Shown piece after piece: positions 51,401 to 64,000 of a DNA stretch of 64,000 bases (positions are counted from its first letter, which is position 1; each line of letters opens with the position of its first letter). The notes below the pieces were generated by a model. It was not told the origin of the DNA. It worked only from the letters and a program-made list of their open reading frames with translations, and made no database searches. Location: the NCBI GenBank assembly GCA_013265495.1, contig MU058423.1:1563061-1627060 (forward strand), given 5' to 3'. This DNA comes from Vicugna vicugna. Lineage: Eukaryota. Position numbers and translations under genes: made by a program.

Positions 51401-54400
51401 GTAAATGCTATTAACCACTAGGATTCCAGCTCTGAATCTTGATCACCAGCTTTTCTATTTCAGGTCAAAGTTGGTCTGTGATGGTCAAAGAGGAAAAGCA
51501 ACTGAACTTCTCAGTATTCACCACATGGGGGCCAAAGGAGAGAAACCAGATCAAGATGAAGCAAAGAGAAAAAGGAGGTAAAGGTGATGGTGAAGGTAAG
51601 CACTGCTCTGCGCAGGTTGTTCTGCAGTCTCGCTCAGATTACTCTGTTATTTCCTTGTGCTCCAGGATCTGGGCCATGTATTCAACACACTGATTCTGGG
51701 ATAGAAACACATTTTTCCAAGTTTGAGATTTTCCCATAAAGTAGTGAGGTATTGCCTAGTTGCTGACAGGAAAACCTAGGTTTTTATACAGTGAAAAAAG
51801 CAGAAGTGATCTAACTTCTCTCCAAGATTGTCTAGAGTAATAGGTCTAGATATTTGCAGAATGTTCAGTCTCCTTTTTGACTTTAACAAAGGCTCTGGGC
51901 AGTATAGCATGGCAATTAATATCCCAGAACTGAGAGCCATACCATCTGGATTCAAATTCCAGTTCTACTGCTTACTGGCTGGGTGACCTTGGGTGAGCTA
52001 TTTAACCTCTCTGTGCCTCAGTTTCCTCTGCAAAATGGCAATGATAGTAGTACTTAACCTCACACAGGAGCTCCAAGGTTTAAAAGTACTCAGTTCAACA
52101 GTTGGCAAGCACATGAACATCATTGCTATTATTATGTCTTTCTCCCCAGAAAATGTACTTCAAATCTCTAAATCCCACCAGTGGTCCTCCAGGGAAAAAC
52201 TACTGGTCCCGAGTTGGCGCCCTGAGGACTTTTTCATTCCTATTATCTTACTCCTTCTCTTTCTTCTGACCAGAAAGACAGCAAGCATGGTGGTTAGGGG
52301 ACCAAACACTGGAGACACATTACTTGGGTGAAAATTCTCACTCCATTTTCTGTGTGACCATACCAAATTATTTAACCTTCAATGCCTCAGTTTCTTTATC
52401 TATGAGATGAAAATGGTAATGATAACAATGGTACTGCATAGGGATGTTGTAAATGCTACATGATATAATCCATATAAAGCCTTTAGAAGACTGTCTGGCC
52501 TATTGTAATTGCTCATTAAATGTGAGTGATTATTGTTATCCAGTCTATATCCTGCAAACATTTACTATGCAACTACCAGGTGCAAAGCACTGCTAAACAC
52601 TGGTTACCATTAAAACAACCCCTCTTCTCAAGGAGCTTAAGAGTTTCCAAGTTAAGATGTGTCAATCCTTGGTTCATCTTATGGAAGCCATTGTTCTCAG
52701 TCTCCTACTTGGAGACTGGCCCTCAGGAAGGTCCATCTCAGATGACACTTCCCTTGCAGAATCTGTTTCAGAGCGGCCACCCAGCCTTTGACTTCTTCCA
52801 TTTGTGGGATCCAGGAACCTGACCGTTCCCTCAGGTGATTCCAGGCTCTAATTCTAATCACCCCTCTGTGTAAAACAGGTTGTCTGCCTCCACTGACATA
52901 CTATTTTGAGACAGAAGAAGTAACACAAGCAGGATAACAGAGTAGTTAAGAGATGTTCTAGGTCCACCTGCCAGCTCTGCTGCCTCTACTTGACAAGTTA
53001 TTTAACCTCTCTGAGTCTGTTTCCTCATCTGTAAAATGGGCATAAAGCTCATAAAGCTGTGGTGAGTATGAAATAAGTAAACATATGACAGTAGCCTAGA
53101 ATATTGCCTGGCACAGAGTAAGCCCCATAGAAGAATTCGCTGTCATGATTATTATTAACTTTAAAGAGGGTCCACATAGCATGGAATCTACCCGACCAAC
53201 TTGGAGCATTCTTCCCACAAGTACAGGGAATGATCATTTTCTTCAATCCACCGTCTCTGGCACCATCTTGACAAGTCCTGATCTAGGAGACAAAGGAAGG
53301 GAGATCTAGAGGACTAAGGGGCTGTGGGAGAGGCAGAAAAAATGGCCACATTAACACCATTGTCTAGGAACGTTCATACCTGCATATCACCAGAGGAGAT
53401 AGGGCAGACCGTTCCTTTAGAGAAAGCCTGTTGTTTAAGCAACAGCAGAGCGGCAAGTCCACGTGCCCAGTTCAGCATTCTTTTCTCCCCATCTTCCCAC
53501 ATGCTTCTTCTCTCCTGCCTTTCTGCAGGAAGCTGGTGGGAACAGGGTCCTTCTCTGGAGGCTTTTAAGTGAACCCAGCTCAGGTTTGGGGCTCAAGTTA
53601 CAGAGATCTTGGAATCAGGCAGCTTAGAGGACATGATAATTTCCACAGGTCCACCAGCAGAGGGCAGAGCGTCACCAGAGGAAATCGGGTTAGCCGATGA
53701 TGAGCCCACCGCCCAGCGTTCTGGAAATAAACCTCCAAAACGCCTGGCTGCAGCTCTTCCCAATTCCATTTCCCTGCAGCTTGGCCCAGTTTCTTGGAGA
53801 CCATGATGATTACAGGCATTTTTCCTGCTCAGACCCCCTCACCCCAGGCCGTACCCACACAGGTATCCAGACATTTCTCACCCAGGCACTGTTAACCTGA
53901 TGAGGAGTAAAGGGGGTGAGGGCAGGATGCGTATTTTGAGGGGAGAAGGGGAGCATGGAGAGGGACAATGCAGTTAGCCAAACATCATCCCAGGCTGGGG
54001 AATGTCACTCCCTAGGGCCCCGGGACACTGGGCACATTCATTTGGTGCAAAGGAAGGGAAAGGAAGGCAGATCGAGATGAGGGGCTGCTTTGCCCCTCCC
54101 TGTCGCTGCTACATTCTCACATCTTAGACCCTGAAAGCCTTGGCTCTAGCTAAGGACCCTCAGCAGCGCAAGTTTAGTTGTAGCGCATTGGACAGTCTTC
54201 ATAAGCTGACATAAAGTGGCATCATTCCTAAACTGGCATTCCCAGGCCCCAGATCTTCCTCACTTATTTCACCTTTTAAGTCACACTGATCATGAAAACA
54301 AAAGTCCAAGTGGGCTCTGTGGAAGTGGTGACAGGAGTCTTTGCAAGGATTTAATAGGTGGGGTTATTTCTGTCCATGCACAGGAGTCCCACACACGGGA

Positions 54401-57400
54401 CATAACTTTCTGGCTTCCCCATCACCTCTAGCATAGGCAGTATCAACAGGGCAAAGCATCTTGGGCCAGGAAACAGGGAGCCGAGTTCTAGTCAATTTTG
54501 CCCTGGCCTTTTCTGGAGGAAATTACTAAGCTGATCTGAGCTTTCATTTCTTGCATTTTGAAAATGACAGTTGCTCCTGAAGGGCAGAATGCTGGGAAGG
54601 GGAGTTTTTTAAATCTGGGACTTGTCTATCTCATTTTTAAATTATTCCTGCTCAATATTCCTGCTCATTTTAAATAATTCCTGCTCAGGAAGGTATATGA
54701 ATGAAGAATGAGGAACCAAGACTCACTGAATAGAGGTTATCAGCCAAGGTCACGGACAGATTGTGAAATGTCAGATTAGTCTGATTCCACTCTCTGCTCT
54801 CTCACACACACATTTCCTGTCCCTGGAGTTTAATTAGTTTCTCCTGGCACAGGGAATGTGGCACATCTGGAAATACCTCACATTTAGTGTATTATTAACC
54901 TGCTGTGAGACTCCTCTTGCAATAATCACCTTCAGCAACGTCTCATGGGAAAAATCTCTGGTGGGCAATCTTGGGAGCAGTGTTTTAGCCATAATTATAC
55001 CCATCGCACCCCCAACACACTTGGGGTTGTATTTCTCCCAGTTCAATCTTGGGCAAATCACATAGCCTCTCCGGTCTTCATGATGGTTATAGCATTTTTA
55101 AGTTGGAAGTCAGAAGGAAATGCTATTCCGCTCCCTTGCTTCTTCTCTTGGCGCTACCTTCTCCCTCCCTCCACCCTTGGCCCAGCATCCCCCCGCAGCA
55201 GCCATTCTCCACTACTTGTCTTCCCTAATGCAGCCATTCTTTCTTGCCCTAGATACACACAGTGCTTTCTGCTTTGAGTTCCCTTTCTTAAAAACTGTAT
55301 CTTCCAGCTAACTCCCACTGATCCTTTGGGATCCAGCTTTGACATCATCTTTTCGAGGAAGACCCCCACCACCACCTCTGGGGTTGATGTCCACATTCTA
55401 TGCGCGTATAGCACCCATACGCCCTCCGCCATAAACTGCCATTGTCTGACCAATTTGTTCCCCTCTTGGACCATCAGCTTATCTTTGCGTATCCACATTA
55501 AGTTCTGGTCCTCATCGTGCTGTGTCTCCTGCTGGGTTCAGTGTGGAGTGTAGACTTGCATGCTCCTCACCCAGACCCTGCTTCGAAAGTCAAGGAGAAA
55601 GTTGTGGCTCTGCTCTTCGACACTCCGGCTGCTGCGGCAGAACTGTACTCCTGAGAAACCAAAGCTTTTAGTCTCCCTCTTAAAGGCTGGGGGATATTTG
55701 TAAATGGTTTCTATTGAGGACTGAACACTACGCAAGAAGAGCAAAACCACATCCATCTCACCAATCTGACGATGTGCGGGGAGTTTTCATGTGCCCTTTA
55801 ATAATCCAAGACAACCTCAGATATGATGATCTTCTTTGATATGTTAGAAAACAGACACCCTGAGAGGGACTAACTCAGGTTCCAGAGACACGAAGCTGTG
55901 AAGCTGTGACTAAAAGTCAGGTGGCACCCGTCCCTGGACTAGAGCCAGGGAAAACAGTGCTTCCACACCCTTCCCCTACCTCCCATCCTTCTCCAGACAA
56001 TGCTGTCAGCGTCATGCCTGCAGAAGCCCCAGGAAGAGTCACAAAGGCAGGTGATGGAAGCAGACAGCTCTGCGGGGGCCCCCCCTCTGTGATCTCAGGG
56101 AAGAACACTGTGTACTCATTCCCCTTCCATCTCAGTCGCGCATCGATCCCACACTTGGAAAAATCAATTTTTGCGAGGACAGGAGAAAGAGTTGCTCAGA
56201 CACTTTCGTCATTTGAGGTGCCTGCAAACATATTCCCACAGCTGTAGCCCTCAGCCTCTGTACCTGCTCTGGGCAGGGCTGAGTGTGGGGAATCAGGGCA
56301 AGGGAAGGTCAGGGTCAGAAGGATCACTAAGTCCCCTTGGCCCACCTCCCCACTGCACAATTGATGAGTCTGAAGCCAAAAGGTGAATGACCTGCTCAAG
56401 GTTACATGGCTGGGAGGTGACAGAGCCAGGATATACATTCAAGTCTCTGGATGTCATTCCTATCCCTTGAAACTGGATCACAGTATGCATGTATGATCAG
56501 CGTCAGGAAGCCATAGGAAAACCGCCCTGCCCCTAACGCCCAGCACGCCTCTATCAGGAGTCAGTGTGTTCATGGAAGAAGTATAGAGCAGTGGTCAAGA
56601 ACCCAGGCTTGGGTCAGATGGACCCAACATTGTAACTTGTTCCTACCAGAAGGTTATCGAATTTATCTGTCTCCTAGTTTCCATGTCTGTAAAAATCATG
56701 TCATTGCCAAGGACTGTTTTCATTGCATGTGTTAACACCTTAAAAAGCATTAAAATCATCCCATGAGATTGGTTCTGTTGCCTATGGTTACTTTAGGCAC
56801 AGAGAGATTCAGAAGCTTGTCCAGAGTTACACACCTCAGAAGTGGTAGCAGTGGACCTTGACCTCTGTAGAGCATGCTCTAACTTCTGTGCTGTCGTACT
56901 GCGTGTTGAATGTCCGTCTCCCCTACACCCATCCCACCCAATCTGGCAAACACAGCACCCAAATGCAGACGACAACACACCTAGGTCATGTGTGCTCAGC
57001 TGCACGCCAGGCTGTTGGCCAGTTCATCCCATTGTTGGCCAATAGGTACAGAGAAAAAAGGAAAACCATTCGTCAACTTGGCTTCTTTGGGATGCTGCAG
57101 ACTGCATTGCTGTGTTCCTCCCTAAATGTACATTCCTGAGACATTATTTTATCACCAGAGCCTGGTTTGCTTTGGGCTGGTTTATTTCTGAAGCTGAAGG
57201 ATACAGTGGCATTTGGGCATATCCAGGAAAGATCTGACAAACTGATGGCTGTTCTTGACCCCACAGAGGCCCACAGGCATTTGTTTCCACAGCAAGGCTG
57301 GGCCAGGCTGGACACTCTCAACCATCTCTCCACTCAGCATATTAACTATTTGTCATGTCCTTAAATACTTTTCTGTGATGAAATGCTAAGTGACACATTA

Positions 57401-60125
57401 AATATTCATCATGAGGCACCTAGCACAAGGCCAAGGGTAGAATTAGGCAGAACGCATGTGATTTCTGATTATATCTCTTTACTTCTAGGCACTGAACACC
57501 CCCAGGCAGCTAGGACTCCATCCTATTCTGAAAGGAAGCCAGGAAAGTAGGTTCCACAACATCCCTTTGTACGCTGCCAAAATGTCTTCAGCATCTTGGC
57601 AAGAAGTTCTTTCCTTTTTCTGTCTTTCTTTTTTTTCCTTTTAACTTTTAAAAACTGAGGTATTACTTACATGCGTGTATGTATGCACCCACATAACCAT
57701 CACCTAGATCAAGATATAGAACATTCTAGCCGCCCAGAAATTCTCCTTGTGCTTCCTCCTGGTCAATACCCCCCACTCCCCAACACACACGTAAGAAATC
57801 ACTATTTTGACAAGAAATTGGTTTTTTTTCCTTTAAAACTAACTTAGATTCTTCCTTCTGTCATTTCTGCTCACTTCCTTTCATTTTTCATTTGAAGGCA
57901 AAGGCAAAGTAGTTCTCTATTGTCCATTGATTTGAGGTTCACTAGAGTGAAAGCAGAGAAATGAGGGGCTCTGAGGATGGGCCGGGGGACATGGTACTGG
58001 CTCAGTCCAGAGGACGGAGGGAAGGTGGAGAGGAGAGACTTGGGGGATGCATTTGGAAAGGAGAGGTGCTAGGATTGGATGTGACAGTGAGGAAATAGTG
58101 CAATCAGGCGCCATCTCTAGGTTTTGACTTGAGTTTCTTGTTGAAGTAGGAAAGGTGGCAGAGGAGCGGGTTTGGGGGCAGGGCTCAATCAAGGGCTCTG
58201 TCTGGACTTACTCATTTGAGATACCTGCTGGACATCCAGCTGTAGAGACCAAGTTGGCTAGAGCTCAGGGAAGATGTCAGGCCTGGAGAGAGAGATGTAT
58301 TTGGGAATCATCAGTCTACAGATGGATTCCAAAAGCCCGGAGATGGCATGGAATTACCAGAAGCGACCAGAGCAGAGAGCAGGACCCAAGACAGAGCCCT
58401 CTAACTGTTCTTGTTGATGCTCGTATTTGCCTTCAATATGCGCTGACATAAGAAAGGGGAAAGTAAGCATTGTCTAGTATACAATTCAGCCTGAGGATTT
58501 AGCTAATGTATTTTCAGCTTGTAAAAACATATTTAAATGTTTTTCAGCCCCTTGCGATGATACAAGGGAGTTTGGATAATTAAGTTTGGTCATTCAGCCA
58601 CTGCTGTAGGGGTTCCAGTGGTCCCTGGCCCAGTGAACACAGATTCTTAGATGATTTCACAAGGGTTTTTCTTTATTTCAAAATGCTTGATTGAAATTGT
58701 ATGTTTACCTACCATAAAGATGTATAAGCTAAACACAACATCAGGTTTTTCTGCTTTGACTAGAATTATATCAACTGACGACACTGGATATCTCGTGATG
58801 ATGAGAACTTTTGTTTGACCGTGACATGTATTCAGTTTTTGTTTTTTTAATGAAGAAATATACAAGTGCCTAATCAATGCACTCTTTAAGGAAGACAACT
58901 ATTTTAAGGAAGATTCAGTTTATTAATCTGTAAAAATGAGAAAAATAGTCATTCCTACCTCTTTGCTTTATTCTGCAGGACTAAATGAGATGAGGCATGT
59001 GAAGTATTCAATACCTGGCAGCGGTGGCTGTTATTACTGTAAATTTTGTTGATACAACACAGACTCCAAAGGGAACAAATAATGAAAGTTGCCCTTTTGT
59101 GTGAAAGGTGTGGAGACCTCACGACCCATCTGTTCTTTGAAACAGTCTTTGGGGCCAAACATAATAACCCATTGCACGGAGTTAGCCGGGCACTTGCTAC
59201 CAGTTCAACATTTCTGTTTACGTTCAATGGCATGCCTCCATCCTTACTCAAGAATCTTTCTTCAAGAAAACTGGAAAATTAACCTGACTCCCTCTCAGCT
59301 GGGCTCCCAACTGTAGAAACAAGCCAGCATCTGGAATGAAGAAAAAGACAGTCCAATCTTTCCTGCGCTGGCTCAGATGATCAGTCAGAGACAAAGGTAG
59401 GCTGAAGCAATCCGGCCTTTGGAAGTAATTTCAGCTGGTTTGTTAGTTTGTTTGCCAACAATGTTGCTTTCAAAACTCAAAAATAACAACAATAATAGTA
59501 TAAAACAGGGCAATTTGTACTTGTACTGTCAGAGCCATGCCTCCAGCTCTCAGCACAGATGGAAACAGCACCCACGAAGTCTGAGAAACGGTGTGGGAGG
59601 GTTTAATTATGAAGCAGCAAGAGGGGAGGCAGGTGTGTCCAGCCCCAAGGTGACAGGCATGGCATTTTAACAAGAATATCTGATTAATGCTTTAAAGTTT
59701 TCAAAGCACTCCCACATAAATCATCCCATTTGACCTTCAAAATGGCCTTGCCAGATTGGTAGTATTATACTCACTCCAGAGAGGAGGATTCTGACGATGC
59801 TCAGAGAAATTAAGAAACTTATCTGAATGCTGGAGACAGGACTCAAACCCTGGGTTTCCATCCACTGTCCTCCATGGAAATCTCTTCAATGACCCTGCAG
59901 TTTATGGATCTGCCGTCTGCATCAGGGATGGGTCTGCATGGTCTGAGTCTGTCTTTGCCAACGGAGCCGTTCTACAATTTAAAAAAAGGCATGGCTTTCA
60001 GGGGCCCAGGATAGTCATTTAAGCCATGTTCTCAGGATTTTTAATAATTTATTTTATGAATAAAAACATTTAATCAGACATCTGGATATTTTATTCTAGC
60101 TGGAGTCAACTACCTGGATGCAACT

Positions 60126-60128
<3 letters not shown>

Positions 60129-60157
<29 letters not shown>
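60129..60157. repeat. (CA)n microsatellite
   Basis: Seen directly. Confidence 0.95.
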
Positions 60158-60337
60158 CCCTCTATTTTTGTTCTGTTCTCTTCCAAATATTTTGCTCTTT
60201 ACAACTAGAATAATTCTCAGTCTCATTTCTGTTTTGGCACAAACATAAGACACTGAAAAATTACGTCTGTTCACAGTGTTTGATTTGAACTATTGATTGG
60301 CTATGCGATCCAGGGCAAGTCACTTTACTCTCTAGAC

Positions 60338-60520
60338 CACTGTGGTCCAACAGAACTTTCCAAAATGTTCTAAATCTGAACTGTCCTAAATGGTAGCCAT
60401 TAGTCATCAGTTTATTGATAAACTGAAATGTAACTAATGCAAGTCTGACTAATTAATCTTAATTCATTTAAATTTAAATAGCCACATATGGCTAGTGGCT
60501 GTTATATTGAATAAAGCAAT
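60338..60520. mobile_element. MER3-like hAT-Charlie MITE within a MIR
   Basis: gtccaacagaactttcc...tttaaatttaaatagccacatatggctagtggctgttatattg. Confidence 0.7.
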
Positions 60521-61554
60521 TCTGGCCCATATCCTCACCTATAAAATGAAGTATAAACATTTATGCTAGAATCAACATTATTCTAACCATAATTTCTAGC
60601 ATAGTGGTATATATTAGGCACTCAATAAATATTTGTTGAATAGATACTTGTAGAAGAAAAGAATAGCCAAATGAATAAAGAAATGATCACATAAATGACT
60701 GCATCTTAAGGCAACATCATTAAAGGAGTTAATCTGGGATGTCTTCCTGGAAAATCTAGGGTTTGACTAATGAAGAGAAACACTGGCATTGGCTGCAGCT
60801 GGGTGGGAATGCTTGGCAACTGTTCACGTGGGAACAGAACCAGGTACAATCCAGGTCACACTTGCCTTTCCTCTTCCTCCATTGCTGGAACAGCAGCTTC
60901 CTCCCTGGGAGTATTTTCATAACCCAAGTGTCCCAATGAGAAGGAGGCTGAGTCCTGGAACGGTGGGCCAGGAAGAACGTCAGGAAAGAGGGGACAATTG
61001 TCAGGAAGCCACGGGGACAGCTGCCAAGACTTCCACTCCAGCCCATGGGAAAGCCTTCCTTCAGACACGGCTTAAAATAGCGCTGCCCCCAAACGTGCTG
61101 GTTGAAGCGAGTGGGCGAGTCAGAAGCTTCCATCTTGGCTTTGAAGCTCCGCTCTCCATTTCTGTGCCAAGGACTTTCTCCCTCCAGGTGGGGCCTGCTC
61201 TCCCTTTTCTCAACATGGATTATGGCAGGTGCCTGAGAAGTTTCCAGAGGGAGCGTCCAACCCAGGATGCGTGTTCCCTGTTGCTGTAAGACCCAGCTGG
61301 AATGTGGGTCTTTGTCAGGAACAGGAGTGTCACGTGGGGTGAGACGGGGTGGGGTGAGGGGGGTGGGACGGACCGCGTTGCTCCTACAGCCTCCATGAAG
61401 GAGCCCCGCACGTCCCCCACTCCACAGAGCTCTGCTCAGAGCCAAAGTTCGCCGGGTTCATTCCCTCTCTCTCTTTCTTTTAGTTAACTATGTGTTCCTC
61501 CAATCTATGAACTTACTGCTTATTTTCTAATTGGGGGAAGGAGATTTTTCTTTT

Positions 61555-62372
61555 TAAAAAAATTTTTATTGAAGTGTAGTTGATTTCCAGTGTTAGTTTC
61601 AGGTGTACAGCAAAGTGATTCAGTTACACATATACATGCTTTTTTTTTCTTTTCAGATTCTTTTCCATTATATGTTATTACAAGAAATTGAATATATTTC
61701 CCTGTGCTGTACAATAGGACCTTATTGTTTATCTCTTTTATATATAGTAATGTGTGTCTGTTAATCCCCAACCCTTAATTTATCCCTCCTGGGGCGGTGT
61801 TGGGGATTTCTTATTGGGGTAAAATATGCATCACATAAGGTTTACCATTTTAACAGTTTTGAAGTGTATTAAGTGGTATTAAGTACAACATTCGCATCAT
61901 GCAACCATCTCCCAACCTCTTCATCATTCCTACCTGGAACTGTATACCACTGAATAGCAACTCCCCATTGCCCGCCTCCCTTCGGTTCCTGGTAACAAAC
62001 ATTCTATTTTCTGTCTCTGTGAATTTAACTACTCTAGGCACCTCATATTAGTGGAACTGTACAGTGTTTGTCTTTTTGTGACTGGCTTATTTCACTTCAC
62101 ATAATATCTTCAAGTTTCATCCATGTTGTCACGTGTATCAGAATTTCCTTCTTTTTTAAGGCTGAATAATACTCCATTGTATGTATATATCACATTTTGT
62201 TTATCCACAGTTAGATTGTTTCCACTTAGGGGCCATTGTGAATAATGCTGCTATGAACATGGGTGTATGAGCATCTGCTTGAGACCCTACTTTCAATTCT
62301 TTTGGGCATGTGCCTGGAAGTGATATTGCTTGATCATATGGTAATTCTATGATTAACATTTTGAGGAATTGC
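61555..62372 (-). mobile_element. Two adjacent L1 3' fragments (short younger 3' end ~61555-61790; older L1MB-like ~61810-62372)
   Basis: tttattgaagtgtagttgattt...gtacagcaaagtgattcagtt; ttttgtgactggcttatttcactt, aatgctgctatgaacatgggtgta. Confidence 0.85.
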
Positions 62373-62835
62373 TTTTATTTTTAAACCATCCTAAACTCTT
62401 TTTCTTTTACCTTTTAGCTCTTAAATCTTATTCCTAATCCTCAAATCCTACCTATACATGAATTACCAACTTTTCATATCCCAGGTTTTAGCTTTTCATT
62501 TGAAATCTTAATTTCTTATTTCTTTTTACTTTCTAAACATCTCGGCTTCTAGCATTTTATCTTTTTATTTTGGACCTTGTCTATTTTATCTAATCAAATG
62601 TGTGTCTTTACTCTATGAGATTTTTGCTTTAGTTTATTTTTAAGCCAGCTCCAAATAATCCTTTGTATTAATATGGTTTATTTTTGTTCTACTTAAGAGT
62701 TTATATAGCTGACTTCATATATCTATAATGTCCATCCCACAAATCTATCATATTTCTGATAGTTTTAAATGTTTCTCTTCTGGGATGCCGTGTAAGAAAT
62801 GTAAAGAAGGGGTGGGGATAATAGCAATTGAAGGC

Positions 62836-63225
62836 TGTCATGGGTCAGGTTCCCTGGGAAACAGACTGAGGCAGAAATTTGCACTCAGGAGGTTTATGGC
62901 GGAGGGCACTCAGGAGCTACACCTGCAAGGAAATGAGGGAAGCAGGGATAGAGGGAGAAGTTGAACTGTGATGCAGTTGCAAGGGAGGTCTCAGGCCCAC
63001 AGGGAGCTCTGAAGCTGAGATGGACCTTCAGAGATACCTCAAAATGAGGCTGGACACTGGGTCTTTATTTACTAGAACCCTGAATGTACCAGGAGGCATA
63101 ATCTTGGGTAAGAAGTCCCTGCCCTTGAGAGTCATGCTGGGAGGGACCTGGTGTACGCTCTCAGAAGGTGACACTCCTAGGGGTGGGGTGGGGAATCTGA
63201 GTGATGCACTACAGCTTCCACTGTA
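62836..63225 (-). mobile_element. ERVL LTR (LTR33/LTR16-like)
   Basis: tgtcatgggtcaggttccctgggaaacagact...gggagaagttgaactgtgatgcagttgca; right boundary approximate. Confidence 0.6.
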
Positions 63226-64000
63226 GGTGTCCCAAGAAAAAACATACCATATTCTAGGAAGGTAGAGCCCCATAATCTGCTCCTGTGGTGGTCAGCCAAT
63301 TCAGAGGAATGTATTAAAATTATCTGGGGAAAACAATTTATAAGACTCCTCCCCACCAAGTCTGTGTAGTTTGAGAAAAATCGGATCCTTCTCGTATACC
63401 TCCCAGCACACTTTGAAGTGGAGACCCACTAGTCTAGGCCAAAATGATGATACCCCAACTTCTTATGAATGGCTTTTACAAAGTTATGTTCAGGCCATGT
63501 ACAGGACCTCACAAAAAAATGTACTTTCTCTCCATGACAAGTGCTGTGTAGGAGTGGATTCAGGTTTTGTGGGGTCTGAAGATTATATAATTTGTGAGAA
63601 CTCTTTAAGAAAAATGTTACAAAATTATGAATATAAAATTGGCAGGCATTGCCCAGGGCCTTGGAGTGCAAGTGAGGCTAGCTTTGCTGTAAAGCCTCCT
63701 CTGTCCGAGGCCATTACTGCACAACCTGGCTGAGGGGCCCTGCTCACAGTCTCAGGGGTGTGTCACTCCCCTTGGAGGGCTGTGCTCACCAGCTGTTGAA
63801 TTACCTTCTCCCTTTAGACAGTCCTGAGGGATTCTTCCTGGGTTAAGTCCCACGTAAGTGACCCCAACCTACGTCCCAACCTCAAGGCAAGTGATCTCAC
63901 TTGGACACTCTGAAGATACAAAGTTTTCAGGAACTTCTGGACTGCTTTGGACCAGACGCATGAGGCCAGGTAGATGTGGGCCATGATTCTTTACTGGGAG

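Larger units (their letters stand above)
48804..61133 (-). pseudogene. Putative decayed multi-exon gene for an unrecognised multipass membrane protein; candidate exons 61133-60866, 55650-55571, 53720-53602, 53282-53197, 51695-51224, 49163-49063, 48876-48804
   Basis: Strong Kozak ATG, several good polypyrimidine-AG acceptors, mostly compatible phases and protein-like hydrophobic translations in unique sequence; stops and frameshifts in later exons; some donors weak. No homology confirmed. Confidence 0.45.

Noticed and set aside
56870..57070. Minus-strand MVFLFSLYLL...WPTAWRAAEHT*PRCVVVCIWVLCLP, vaguely like GPCR TM3-TM4
   Set aside because: No DRY-like motif, no other helices nearby and several stops; cannot be told from chance
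59040..59272. Possible extra exon of the decayed gene (aattttccag|...FLEERFLSKDGGMPLNV)
   Set aside because: Donor unclear, and E1 and E2 already join in phase; left out pending alignment
60789..61289. 166-aa plus-strand ORF
   Set aside because: Non-ATG start and no recognisable product; probably the antisense shadow of candidate exon E1
24692..64000. Alternative placement at the LALBA-OR11M-KANSL2 locus
   Set aside because: No lactalbumin exons were found, and the CD53 5'UTR match points to the OR11I locus
1..64000. CRISPR arrays, tRNA/rRNA genes, prokaryotic systems
   Set aside because: Mammalian repeat-rich DNA; none seen

Overview
Eutherian mammal genomic DNA, probably a camelid-like artiodactyl (inference: laurasiatherian-type L1 3' ends, and I saw no PRE-1, Bov-tA/BovB, CHR or CAN SINEs). 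I place it at the CD53-OR11I-(KCNA3 side) interval from my recollection of human/mouse sequence and synteny. The CD53 non-coding exon 1 and its ETS/Sp1/RUNX promoter are on the minus strand at ~16.2-16.5 kb, so bases 1-16238 are CD53 intron 1. An intact solitary olfactory receptor lies at 24692-25639 (-), and an RPS17 processed pseudogene at ~32.5-33.0 kb. The rest is largely L1, L2, MIR, MaLR/ERV LTR and Tigger/Charlie repeats. The most interesting signal is a chain of seven candidate exons on the minus strand (61133 to 48804) with mostly compatible splice phases. It looks like a decayed, unannotated multi-exon gene for a multipass membrane protein. Also notable: a relatively young L1 that keeps its 5'UTR, ORF1 and 3' end but lacks nearly all of ORF2, and a (GAA)41-(GGA)11 compound purine tract just upstream of the OR coding exon. 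Repeat subfamily names are by-eye calls and repeat boundaries are approximate.
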